Origin: Candidatus Sumerlaeaceae bacterium
GTDB lineage: Bacteria > Sumerlaeota > Sumerlaeia > Sumerlaeales > Sumerlaeaceae
Length of the DNA stretch: 64,000 nt
Assembly: GCA_051003195.1 (NCBI GenBank)
Contig: JBPCLP010000045.1
Span: forward strand, 96,001-160,000
Reading direction: 5' to 3'
Below the pieces are notes generated by a model. That model was not told the DNA's origin, searched no databases, and was given only the letters and a program-made list of their open reading frames with translations. Made by a program: the position numbers and the translations under genes. Positions within the stretch are counted from its first letter, which is position 1. Each line of letters begins with the position of its first letter. Below, piece after piece: positions 27,073 to 36,384 of the stretch.

Positions 27073-28506
27073 TTGGAAGTGCTGGAACACGAAGACAGAT
27101 TTCTGCGCGAAATGCCTGGGGAAGAATGCGGCGTGGTGGCCGTGTACAATCACCCCGAGGCTGCCAAGCTGACCTACCTTGGGCTATATGCGCTGCAACA
27201 TCGCGGGCAGGAGAGCGCGGGGATTGTCTCCGCAGACGGACAGCGGCTACACACCTTCAAAGGCAAGGGCCTTGTGAACGACGTGTTCACGCCGGAGGCG
27301 CTGGCGTCGCTGCCGGGCAGTTCTGCGATCGGACACGTGCGATACTCAACGACAGGCAGCAGTGTTGCGGCCAACGCGCAGCCGATCGTGGCGAACTACC
27401 GCGGCGGTGCGCTTGCAGTGGCGCATAACGGCAACCTGACCAATGCCGATGAGCTGCGCACCGAACTGGAAGAAAACGGCGCGATTTTTCAGAGCACGAC
27501 GGACACCGAAGTACTCATTCACCTGATTGCGCAATCGCGCGAGCGGGACTTTGACGAGGCGCTCATCTCCTCGCTCAACCGGCTGCGCGGGTCCTTTTCA
27601 ATGGCCATTCAGCGCGAGGATCGCATAATCGCTCTGCGCGACCCGCGAGGGTTCCGACCGCTTTGCCTTGGCAAACTGGGCGATGGCTACGTGGTGGCAA
27701 GTGAGAGCTGCGCGCTCGACATCATGAATGCGCAGTACCTGCGCGAGATTGGCGCAGGCGAAGTAATTACCTTCGCCGGCGGTGTTGCGCGTTCAACCAA
27801 ACCCTTTCCGCCGGAGAAATCGGCATTTTGCGTGTTTGAGTACATTTATTTTTCCCGGCCGGATTCCATGGCCTTGATGGGCAAGAGCGTGAGCGAGCTG
27901 CGCAACCGCCTTGGTGAGCAGCTTGCGATCGAGCAGCCTGCCCAGGCAGACTTGGTGATCGCTGTACCGGACAGCTCAGTTCCGGCGGCGATTGGATACG
28001 CCCGCAAATCGGGAATACCTTATGATATCGGGCTGGTGCGCAGCCATTATGTCGGTCGCACATTCATCGAGCCCGACCAGGCCATTCGTGACTTTGGCGC
28101 TCGTATCAAATATAACCCCGTTCGCAGCGTGTTGCAGGATAAGCGCGTCGTCGTGGTCGACGATTCGATTGTGCGTGGAACGACAAGTCGTAAAATCGTG
28201 AACATGATCCGCGAGGCGGGGGCGAAGGAAATCCATTTTCGCGTGAGTGCTCCGCCGTGGGAGAACCCGTGCTACTTCGGCATCGACACTCCGGAGGCTG
28301 AGAAGCTGCTCGCGGTAAACTCGCCTAGCATTGATGAGATGCGGAAGTTCATCGGTGCAGACTCATTGGGTTTTATCAGCCCCGAAGGGCTTTACAAGGT
28401 CATGCCGAAAAACGTGAGCTACTGCAACGCGTGCTTCACTGGCGAATACCCCGAAGGCCAGAAACCGGCCCAGGCATTCAAAAAGGAAATCTTAGAAACG
28501 CGGTAA
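27073..28506 (+). CDS. purF: Amidophosphoribosyltransferase
   Basis: EECGVV propeptide/Cys, LQHRGQESAG, GHVRYST, AHNGN, VVVDDSIVRGTT. Confidence 0.97.
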   Translation: MEVLEHEDRFLREMPGEECGVVAVYNHPEAAKLTYLGLYALQHRGQESAGIVSADGQRLHTFKGKGLVNDVFTPEALASLPGSSAIGHVRYSTTGSSVAANAQPIVANYRGGALAVAHNGNLTNADELRTELEENGAIFQSTTDTEVLIHLIAQSRERDFDEALISSLNRLRGSFSMAIQREDRIIALRDPRGFRPLCLGKLGDGYVVASESCALDIMNAQYLREIGAGEVITFAGGVARSTKPFPPEKSAFCVFEYIYFSRPDSMALMGKSVSELRNRLGEQLAIEQPAQADLVIAVPDSSVPAAIGYARKSGIPYDIGLVRSHYVGRTFIEPDQAIRDFGARIKYNPVRSVLQDKRVVVVDDSIVRGTTSRKIVNMIREAGAKEIHFRVSAPPWENPCYFGIDTPEAEKLLAVNSPSIDEMRKFIGADSLGFISPEGLYKVMPKNVSYCNACFTGEYPEGQKPAQAFKKEILETR

Positions 28507-28518
28507 TGATCGATAACT

Positions 28519-29124
28519 ATGAGTGCAACAGCACCCCGTTCCACCCCCCTTACGTTTCAGCAGGTAGTTGACGTGCTGGAACATGTTCAGGAACGTCTTT
28601 ATCGCGTAAAACAGGCCCTTGAGGATGCAGGCATCCCATATGCCGTCGTCGGTGGCAACGCGGTCGCCTCGTGGGTCGCGTCAGTCAACCGTGCGGCAAT
28701 TCGAACTACTGGCGATGTCGACATTCTGTTGGATCCCGCAGATCTCGAACGGGCCAAAGTGGCAATGGCCAAGGTCGATTTTCATTTCAGGCACGCTGCC
28801 GGCGTCAGCTTTTTTCAGGATGGCCGCGGGGCAAAATTCGAAGATTCTGTCCACCTCGTTTTGGCAGGAACTAAAATTCGCAAGGAATACGCGTGTCCCG
28901 CTCCGGCAATTACCGAAGTGGATAGAGCTGCTTTTGATTACGCCGTGCTCAGTCTGGAAGCACTGGTACGGATGAAACTTACCAGCTACCGCAACAAGGA
29001 TCGCGTGCACTTGGAGGACATGCTAAAGGTTGGCCTCCTCGATGAATCCTGGATGGACAAAGTCCCCGAGCCACTCCGCCCCCGTATGCGCGAAGTACTC
29101 GATAACCCACCAGACGACCACTAA
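28519..29124 (+). CDS. Putative nucleotidyltransferase-fold protein
   Basis: YAVVGGNAV...RTTGDVDI (GG...DxD), C-terminal KL..YR.KD. Confidence 0.75.
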   Translation: MSATAPRSTPLTFQQVVDVLEHVQERLYRVKQALEDAGIPYAVVGGNAVASWVASVNRAAIRTTGDVDILLDPADLERAKVAMAKVDFHFRHAAGVSFFQDGRGAKFEDSVHLVLAGTKIRKEYACPAPAITEVDRAAFDYAVLSLEALVRMKLTSYRNKDRVHLEDMLKVGLLDESWMDKVPEPLRPRMREVLDNPPDDH

Positions 29125-29164
29125 TTTCTACCTACTCTTTCCTCTCGTCGAATCGCTCTTCGCG

Positions 29165-29560
29165 TTATGGCTCTAGTCGTTCGATATCAGAAAATGAATC
29201 GAAGTCGCGATCATAGGAGCAGATCGCGACTTTCCTCCGCCGAGCGACCGCGCAGTGGTAGCAGTCGGTGAAATCTGCATTGCTGCTGCGATAACGCAGC
29301 AGCGTATCCAGCAAAACTCGATAATCGGAAAACATCAGGCCGTGCAAATTCAAGATTGCTTCAAGATGATCTGCAACTTGATCGCGCGGCAGCTCATAAA
29401 AGGAGGTGAGCGTCCAGACAATCTCCGCAACGCACATATCGGTTACGAATAAGCTTTGCTCTCCTTTTGCTGCCTTTGCCAGAAGCGCCGCACACCGTGA
29501 GGCTTTTTTCCGGTCATCGTCCAGAAAAAGCCGCAGAAAGACGTTTGCGTCTACAAGCAT
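29165..29560 (-). CDS. PIN domain toxin (VapC family)
   Basis: VDANVFLR, AEIVW, DFTD, SYDRDF. Confidence 0.9.
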   Translation of the reverse strand: MLVDANVFLRLFLDDDRKKASRCAALLAKAAKGEQSLFVTDMCVAEIVWTLTSFYELPRDQVADHLEAILNLHGLMFSDYRVLLDTLLRYRSSNADFTDCYHCAVARRRKVAICSYDRDFDSFSDIERLEP

Positions 29561-29563
29561 CGA

Positions 29564-29827
29564 TTAACGACCGCGGCTGACGGCGCGCTTGGCAACGCTG
29601 CGTATTACGGCCTGCCGGACCTTTGCAAGGTCCTGCACCCCACCTGCTGCCCGTCTGATTGAGCCTCTGAACTCCAGAAGATTTCCTTTAAGAGGCCGCA
29701 AGACGACCTCGCCATCCCGCAGCTCATAGATCAGGGAATCGTGGGAGCTCACACCCAGAGCCCGGCGAATTTCGAGAGGAATTGTAGTCTGTCCCTTACT
29801 GGTGATGCGAGAAATGTTCATCAGCAT
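29564..29827 (-). CDS. AbrB/MazE/SpoVT family antitoxin
   Basis: ITSKGQTTIPLEIRRALG; directly upstream of PIN gene; start may be ATG 29821. Confidence 0.9.
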   Translation of the reverse strand: MLMNISRITSKGQTTIPLEIRRALGVSSHDSLIYELRDGEVVLRPLKGNLLEFRGSIRRAAGGVQDLAKVRQAVIRSVAKRAVSRGR

Positions 29828-29828
29828 T

Positions 29829-29855
29829 TCCTTACTAAACTGTACATCCTTACTA
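29829..29855 (-). promoter_or_regulatory. Candidate toxin-antitoxin operator (9 bp direct repeat)
   Basis: TCCTTACTA at 29829 and 29847, overlapping a TATAGT -10-like hexamer and the RBS on the minus strand. Confidence 0.45.
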
Positions 29856-30011
29856 TAGCGTTAAACAATGGACCACGTTAGAAATTCGGAGTGTCGTTCG
29901 TTGTCAGAAACCGAATCGAAGTCTCGATCATAGAAGCAGATCGCATTCTTTTGCCCGTTCCGATTGCTTTTCTCCTGTTAAACATTTTTGAGCGCCCATT
30001 GTTAAACGAGT

Positions 30012-31400
30012 ATGATTTCGAAACAAGGCGTGCTTACAATCCTGGCCATTTTCGCCTGCCTGCTCGGCCTGGCGCTAACCGCCATCCGCCCCGCCGGACG
30101 CTGGTACTTCCGCCGAAACCTCAGCCCGGCCGACATCGTACGCCTGGACGAATTCGAGACGAAACCCATCCACTTTCCGCCCGAGTGGCAGAACGTCACG
30201 CCAGTTCCACCCAAAGTGGAGGCGGCAATTATTAAATACGCCAACGCCTATAAGCTTACGGACTGGCTCCGAAGTCCGATCAACGTAGATCAGCCCCTGG
30301 AATACAACGCCTACATTCGACTTGTGCGAGGCTGTCCAGTGCCGCCTGAGACATGGACGAGCGTATCGATGGCTGCCGCATATACTTTTCCGGTGATTAC
30401 TGCAGCCGTGGAGGCAGCCCGGTTACCCGAGTGGGACCAGGAATATTGTATGGCAACACGGTTGGACGCATACTCTACTGTAATCGTGGGCCGTGCATTG
30501 AACGTGACCGCCGCGGAGTTCCTGCACCTCAACGACACTGAACGTGCAATGGAACTTGCCCTTGCCGGGGTCGCGCTTACCAGTCGCGGTGCACCATGCC
30601 CCGCTTACATGGGTTATTGGGATGCATGGGTGCAGCGCGACACGCTGAACGTACTCAGCACGATTGCTCGCACGACGACTTCAACTGATTTGCTTGAAAT
30701 AGCGCTAAAGGCGCTCAACGGACTCGAGCCGAGAATCATCCATGCAGCAGCGCAATACGCACCAGCAGGTTACTCGATCGCCCGGCTTCGACTTATGAAA
30801 CGCTACCATTGGAACGTAGACTTTCCCCCTGGGTTGCCGGCATACGAATACGTCCGACGCGACTCGCTCGCCGCTTTCGCCTTCGTACGCGCAATGAATA
30901 TGCTTCCTGTGACAGACCCCCGAAAAGAGTCGATGTCGTGGTTCAGCGATTATATGGGTTCCGGTTGCGGAGCGAGTCCGATGTCGGAACGCAGAGTGAA
31001 GCTTAGCTATATGCTGTTCCCCGATGAAATTGCCATACAAAGCCAGCCTCATTCGGACCGCTTCGCGCTAGCCGAGTCGTTGGCCAAGGCCAACCTCGAT
31101 CTGGCGCGGATTGCTCTGGTTGCGCGCATCCGCGAACTGTCCGGGGTGCCGGTTGTAATAAACTGCACGGCATTCCAATCCGGTCCACTGCCCGGTGCCA
31201 CAATCGATCCATTCAGTGGCAAACCATATCTTTGGGATGAAGCCCGACAGCAATTCTATAGCATAGGCCCTGACCACCACGACGACCACGCCGTAACCGG
31301 CTGCCAGTTTTTCGACGGAAGTATCTCAGGCGACGTGATGATTCCCAGCCCCCTGCCCCCTGACCGCCCGTTACCAGCAGCTGGGACTATGATACTGTAA
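30012..31400 (+). CDS. Membrane-anchored hypothetical protein with pilin/GspG-like C-terminal tail
   Basis: N-terminal TM; ends DPFSGKPY...FYSIGPD...DGSISGDV. Confidence 0.7.
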   Translation: MISKQGVLTILAIFACLLGLALTAIRPAGRWYFRRNLSPADIVRLDEFETKPIHFPPEWQNVTPVPPKVEAAIIKYANAYKLTDWLRSPINVDQPLEYNAYIRLVRGCPVPPETWTSVSMAAAYTFPVITAAVEAARLPEWDQEYCMATRLDAYSTVIVGRALNVTAAEFLHLNDTERAMELALAGVALTSRGAPCPAYMGYWDAWVQRDTLNVLSTIARTTTSTDLLEIALKALNGLEPRIIHAAAQYAPAGYSIARLRLMKRYHWNVDFPPGLPAYEYVRRDSLAAFAFVRAMNMLPVTDPRKESMSWFSDYMGSGCGASPMSERRVKLSYMLFPDEIAIQSQPHSDRFALAESLAKANLDLARIALVARIRELSGVPVVINCTAFQSGPLPGATIDPFSGKPYLWDEARQQFYSIGPDHHDDHAVTGCQFFDGSISGDVMIPSPLPPDRPLPAAGTMIL

Positions 31401-31419
31401 CTCGCAATGGATGTGCCCG

Positions 31420-34263
31420 TTACCTGGCGGGCGGTTGGGTTCCCTTTGTGCTGATCCCCAGTATCTTCTTCGCCGCGGCCGAGTCCCGCATCGGCAGAGC
31501 CGTACGCCACTGGCCGTCATGCGCGTGCAAAGCACCCGCGACTGCACCAGCCGTTGGAACCAGTCCAATCTCGCCGACGCCCTTCGCACCCCAGGGTGTC
31601 TCGGGGTCAGCTTCTTCAATGAAGATACATTCAACCTCGGGCATATGATGCGCGCGAAGGATTCCGAGGTCGTTCAGCTTCTTCGCCTTAGGGAATCCGC
31701 CTTCGCAGGCGAAATCCTCCGTAAGCGCGTAGCCCAGGCCCATGTGAATCGACCCCTCCATCTGGCCTTCCAGCAGGATCGGGTTCATCACCTTGCCAAC
31801 ATCATGCGCTGCGACTACCTTCTTCAGTGTGCCGTCTTCGTTCAGCGCCACCACCTGCGTCGCGAATCCAAACGTCACGTGTGTCTTCACCGGACCGCCG
31901 TTTTTCCCCTCCAGCTTTCCGAGCGGCACCGTATAGTCGTAGGTAATCTCGCCAAAAAACTCGCGCCCGGCCAGGTCCTTCACCGTCTTGCCGCTGTCCA
32001 GTTCCACCTTCATCGCTTCCGCGGCCCGCTTCACCGCCATGCAACCAAGCACGGTGCCACGGCTGGCCGTGGTCATTCCGCAGGGTGTCGCGCGACTGGT
32101 GTCGATCGTGACGCGGAACTTCCGCGGATCGAGTGACGGGATGATTTCGACCGCTGACTGAATCAGGATTGTGAGCAGTCCCTGCCCCATCTCGGTGAAA
32201 CCGTTAAAGATAGTAATGGTATAATCGTCATCTGCTTCGTTGGCCGCCGGTAATATCGCAGCAGGCTGGAAGCCTGCTCTACCAACATCCACGCGGATTA
32301 CTGCCTGGCCCGCGTCCGGCATTCCGTTTCCGATTCCGACGTTCTTGATGCCGCATGCAATTCCGGCATGCTTTTCAGAGCGATAATAATCCTTCACCGC
32401 GAGCAGCGTCTTTTTCAGTCCGACCGGTTTATCGAGCACCTGCCCCGAACAGAAGACGTCGCCGGTGTCCATGGCGTTGCGCCAGCGGATGTCCCAGCCG
32501 TCGATGCCGACCTTTTCCGCCAGGCGATCCAGGCAACCCTCGATGGCGAATGCAGCCTGGTTGGCGCCGAATCCGCGCATGGCGCCACATGGTGGATTGT
32601 TGGTGTAAACTGCGAGAGCCTCGATGTCCAGATTCGGAATCACGTATGGCCCTGTAGCGTGGCCACCTGCGCGCTCCAGCACCTTTGTGCCTACGCTGGC
32701 GTAGGCGCCCTTGTCGCCGATCATGCGTCCGTGCACGGCGAGGATTTTGCCCTCGGCGTCGCAGCCAACCTTGTAGTGCATCTTTATGGCGTGGCGCTTT
32801 GGATGCAGGCGCATACTCTCATCACGCGTCAGCGTGATCTTCGCCGGACGCCCGAGCTTCTGCGCAATCAGCGCCGCGTGCGCCTGGATGGAAAGATCTT
32901 CCTTGCCGCCAAACGCGCCGCCGTTGCTCACCAGTGTGACAGCAACCTCGTCCTGGTTCATGCCAAGCACCGACGCAATCTGCCGCTGGTCGTCGAACAC
33001 CCCCTGCCCCTGGGTGAGAATGTGAATCTTTGCTGCGGGTGCCGTCTTCGACAATGACGCGGCCCAGCTATCGACTTCAACTGTCTGACCATTACCATTG
33101 CCGTTCCCATTAGACTTCGAACGCTCCCCTGCGCCGACGGGGAAGGCAATGCACGCTTCCGGCTCCAGAAACGCGTGCTCGATGCGCTGGGTCTGGAATG
33201 TGTCCTCCACTATGTGCGCGCACTTTTCAAAAATGGGCTCCACATCCTCGCCGCGCTTGATCGCGGACTTCGAAAGCAAATTGCTTCCGGGGTGCGTGTC
33301 GGGATGCACAATAGCAGCGTCCGGCGTAAGCGCGGCTTCCGGATCCGTCACAGGCTCCAGCACATTATAACTGACGCGCACAAGCTTTGCCGCTTTGCGT
33401 GCTGCGCGTTGTGTTTCCGCGACAACAACCGCAATAATGTCACCAACGCAGTGCGTGACTTCGCCAACCGCGACGAGCTGCGGCCAGTCTTTGTAAATAA
33501 GTCCCTGGTGCCGCTGGCCGGGCACGTGTTCGGCAGTGATCACATCCAAAACCCGCGGCATGTCGAGAGCTGGCTGCACATCCAAACTTGTGATTACTGC
33601 ACGCGGGTGCGCGCTGAAGACCGGCGCTCCGTATACCATACCTGTCAGTTTAATGTCGTCAATGAAGTGGCGATCGCCAAGCACTGCATCCATGCCACTG
33701 TAGCGCGGCAGGCTCGTGCCGACGCGACCACTGTAATCGAATAAGGGTTCAGCCTCGCCGCGCAGTGTCCGCGCGGTCAGGTCAATCGAGTCGACAATTT
33801 TTTTGTAGCCAGTGCAGCGGCACAGGTGCGCCACGAGTCCGCGTTCGATCTCTTCGCGAGTCGGCGACGCGTTCTTGTCGAGAATAGCTTTCGTACGCAA
33901 CGCGATTCCCGGGATACAAAATCCGCACTGCAATCCGCCGGCGCTCACGAAACATGAGGAAATCGTCTCGCGGAGCTTCGGGTCCAGTCCTTCCAGCGTC
34001 GTCACCGTTTTGCCCTGCGTTTTTGCTGCCGAAATTACGCACGATAATGTCGCCTTGCCATCGACCATGACGGTACAGCACCCGCACTGGCCCATGGGTT
34101 GACAGCCATTCTTGGGCGAGACTACATCAAACTCCTCACGCAAAACATCCAGTAGCGTCGCGTCTGCATCTACATTGCGAGCACTGACGTTTTGACCGTT
34201 CAGGTTGAACGAGATTTCATTTTCGGTGGCCTGTTCGGCCGGGGCTGTCGGTGCAGTACTCAT
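31420..34263 (-). CDS. Molybdenum hydroxylase with fused 2x[2Fe-2S] and Moco domains (selenium-dependent xanthine dehydrogenase-like)
   Basis: GCQPMGQCGCC, QCGFCIPG, CRCTGY, GGAFGGKE, GAMRGFG, EMGQG, GAKGVGE. Confidence 0.88.
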   Translation of the reverse strand: MSTAPTAPAEQATENEISFNLNGQNVSARNVDADATLLDVLREEFDVVSPKNGCQPMGQCGCCTVMVDGKATLSCVISAAKTQGKTVTTLEGLDPKLRETISSCFVSAGGLQCGFCIPGIALRTKAILDKNASPTREEIERGLVAHLCRCTGYKKIVDSIDLTARTLRGEAEPLFDYSGRVGTSLPRYSGMDAVLGDRHFIDDIKLTGMVYGAPVFSAHPRAVITSLDVQPALDMPRVLDVITAEHVPGQRHQGLIYKDWPQLVAVGEVTHCVGDIIAVVVAETQRAARKAAKLVRVSYNVLEPVTDPEAALTPDAAIVHPDTHPGSNLLSKSAIKRGEDVEPIFEKCAHIVEDTFQTQRIEHAFLEPEACIAFPVGAGERSKSNGNGNGNGQTVEVDSWAASLSKTAPAAKIHILTQGQGVFDDQRQIASVLGMNQDEVAVTLVSNGGAFGGKEDLSIQAHAALIAQKLGRPAKITLTRDESMRLHPKRHAIKMHYKVGCDAEGKILAVHGRMIGDKGAYASVGTKVLERAGGHATGPYVIPNLDIEALAVYTNNPPCGAMRGFGANQAAFAIEGCLDRLAEKVGIDGWDIRWRNAMDTGDVFCSGQVLDKPVGLKKTLLAVKDYYRSEKHAGIACGIKNVGIGNGMPDAGQAVIRVDVGRAGFQPAAILPAANEADDDYTITIFNGFTEMGQGLLTILIQSAVEIIPSLDPRKFRVTIDTSRATPCGMTTASRGTVLGCMAVKRAAEAMKVELDSGKTVKDLAGREFFGEITYDYTVPLGKLEGKNGGPVKTHVTFGFATQVVALNEDGTLKKVVAAHDVGKVMNPILLEGQMEGSIHMGLGYALTEDFACEGGFPKAKKLNDLGILRAHHMPEVECIFIEEADPETPWGAKGVGEIGLVPTAGAVAGALHAHDGQWRTALPMRDSAAAKKILGISTKGTQPPAR
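32260..32282 (-). repeat. GTAG-type REP-like palindrome inside CDS
   Basis: Minus strand GTAG-AGCAGGC-TTCCA-GCCTGCT, translated within VGRAGFQPA. Confidence 0.6.
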
Positions 34264-34464
34264 CTGTACTTCTTCCGCTTTTGTCGTTGTGTTCTTGAGC
34301 CGCCAGGATTTAAGGGCAAAAGTCTAATTAAAACGGCCCGAGAAGGAAATTCCCCGCGGGCAGGCCGGGGGCTGGCAGCGGGTTGTTGTGGGGTCGCTGG
34401 GCTCGCCCAGCTAAAGCCTGTACTTCGAATGAGCCTGTACTGCGTGTGCCCGGGAATTTAGGGT

Positions 34465-35274
34465 TCAAAACAGGCACGCCTGTTCGAAGCGTTTGCCGTC
34501 CAGCGTTATAAGTGATGACACATCATGCCGCGGCGCAACGTAGAAGGCGGCGTTCTTCTTATGCCTGGTCAGTCGCTGGTGCGTGCCGAGTGCGACAGCC
34601 GGGGAGTTATTCTCCGCTGACAAGTGCGCAAGTAACACAACCTGGAGCCGGTCGCTACAGCACTCGTTTAGAAGCTCGGCGCTTTCACTATTCTCCAGAT
34701 GACCGTGCGGGCTGCGGATTCGCCATTTGAGCTGGGCCGGGTAAGCGACATTAGACTTCAGCATCTGCTCGTCGTAATTGGATTCCATGAAGACGGCGTC
34801 CAGGTTCTCAAGGCATTTGCGCAGTCCCGGAAAACCGTGACCGAGATCCGTGAGGATGCCAACCCGTGTTGCGCCGTCGTCTACAACGAAGGCACAGGGA
34901 TCTGATGCGTCGTGGGGGGTAGGTATGCTGAGGATGGACACATGGCCTATCTTTACCTCCTCGCCCGGCTCAAAGAATTGCACATCGGCGGACCGGACTT
35001 TGCCAAGCCGGTGACCAACGGCTGCATGGGTATGACGCGTGGTAAAAAGCGGCGCCTTGAGTTTGCGCTGATACACTCCCGCCGAGGATACGTGGTCGGA
35101 GTGATCGTGAGAAATAAATATTCCGCGAATTCCCGACTGCGAGATGCCGTATTTGGCGAGGCGCTCGGCAGCTGCGCGCCACGGAATACCCGCATCGAAC
35201 AGCAGCTTAATGTCCTTTGATTGATAGAAGTAGCAATTGCCACTGCTGCCGGATTGGAGGGCGAACGTCTGCAT
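34465..35274 (-). CDS. MBL-fold metallohydrolase, YycJ/WalJ/VicX-like
   Basis: LQSGSSGNC, SHDHSDH, PHDA, TDLG, MESNYD, GHLEN, LAHLSAENN. Confidence 0.88.
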   Translation of the reverse strand: MQTFALQSGSSGNCYFYQSKDIKLLFDAGIPWRAAAERLAKYGISQSGIRGIFISHDHSDHVSSAGVYQRKLKAPLFTTRHTHAAVGHRLGKVRSADVQFFEPGEEVKIGHVSILSIPTPHDASDPCAFVVDDGATRVGILTDLGHGFPGLRKCLENLDAVFMESNYDEQMLKSNVAYPAQLKWRIRSPHGHLENSESAELLNECCSDRLQVVLLAHLSAENNSPAVALGTHQRLTRHKKNAAFYVAPRHDVSSLITLDGKRFEQACLF

Positions 35275-35370
35275 AAACACCGGCATTGATAATGGGTCGG
35301 GCAAGCCAATGCACGAGAAAAATGTCCCCCGGCGCAAGGATTTTTAAATAGTCAATGGACGCCGGCGATT

Positions 35371-36384
35371 TTAGGCCAGTTGAAGACTGAAGTAAAAATC
35401 CGAACCTTTTCCGACCGCGCTGGATACCCCCACCTCGCCATCAAGTTGTTGTATGATGTGCTTAACAATCGCGAGTCCAAGGCCGCTGCCACGCCGCCCA
35501 CCGGCGCGTGCATCCCGTGATCGGTAAAACCTCTCAAAGACGCGCGTCACTTCCTCCGGAGGAATGCCCTGGCCCTCATCACAAACGTGTGTCCACGCGG
35601 CGCCGTCGCGAACTTCGGTCCATACATCCACGCGGCCATTCGCGCCTCCGTATTTGATCGCGTTATCGAGGAGATTTACCAATACACGTTCAAGGTGCTC
35701 CGGGTTGGCGAGCACCCGCACATCGTCCGTTGGCTCCCGTAATTCCACATGCACATTCTTCAGCTTCGCAAGCGGGGCAGTCGCCGCTACCGCATCGCGC
35801 AGTTCGTCGAACATCGAGAGCGACGACAGCTCAATGCGGGTGTCGGGACTCTCCAGCCGTGACAGGCTCAGCAGGTCCAGCATCAGGTTGTGCAGCCGCT
35901 CGGTATGCTCAAAGATGATAGGAAGGAACTCGCTTACGCGTTCTGGGGTTAGGAACTGCGGGTCCATCAACGTCTCGACGTAGCCGCGAACCGCAGTCAG
36001 AGGCGTCCGCAGCTCATGCGAAACGTTAGCAATAAAATCTTTTCGCATTTGCTCGACGCGGCGGATCTCCGTCTCATCGCGCAGGACAATCAGGAACGAT
36101 TCACTTCCATTGCCTACACGAGAGACCAGCAGGTACTTAGCGCCCGAGTCATCCAGCGGAATACTGATCGAGGATTCGTCGGCTTGTTCCTGCGGTCCAC
36201 TGACAAGTCGAGTCAGCCGCGCCGATACAAGCTCAATGACAGCCGCGCCCATGCCGTTTACAGAATGCTTCCAATCGCGGTTACAAACCTGCCCCCGGGT
36301 TCGCGTGTTGAACAGGCACGCCGGTTCCGGGATTGCATCCATCAGCGCGGAGACAGAAACCCGCTCGTCATGCATTGTCGTCAT
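35371..36384 (-). CDS. PhoR/WalK-like sensor histidine kinase without TM segments
   Basis: DFIANVSHELRTPLT, NLLDNAIKY, DEGQGI, FERFYR, GSGLGLAIVKH. Confidence 0.92.
   Translation of the reverse strand: MTTMHDERVSVSALMDAIPEPACLFNTRTRGQVCNRDWKHSVNGMGAAVIELVSARLTRLVSGPQEQADESSISIPLDDSGAKYLLVSRVGNGSESFLIVLRDETEIRRVEQMRKDFIANVSHELRTPLTAVRGYVETLMDPQFLTPERVSEFLPIIFEHTERLHNLMLDLLSLSRLESPDTRIELSSLSMFDELRDAVAATAPLAKLKNVHVELREPTDDVRVLANPEHLERVLVNLLDNAIKYGGANGRVDVWTEVRDGAAWTHVCDEGQGIPPEEVTRVFERFYRSRDARAGGRRGSGLGLAIVKHIIQQLDGEVGVSSAVGKGSDFYFSLQLA

Noticed and set aside
29877..29892. Duplicate of the purF 3' end (TTAGAAATTCGG versus TTAGAAACGCGG)
   Set aside because: Too short, non-synonymous and without the stop codon
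34270..34464. Moco riboswitch upstream of the Mo-hydroxylase
   Set aside because: Has a GCTGGGC/GCCCAGC hairpin and an AGCCTGTACT direct repeat, but I could not match the Moco motif; needs an Rfam search
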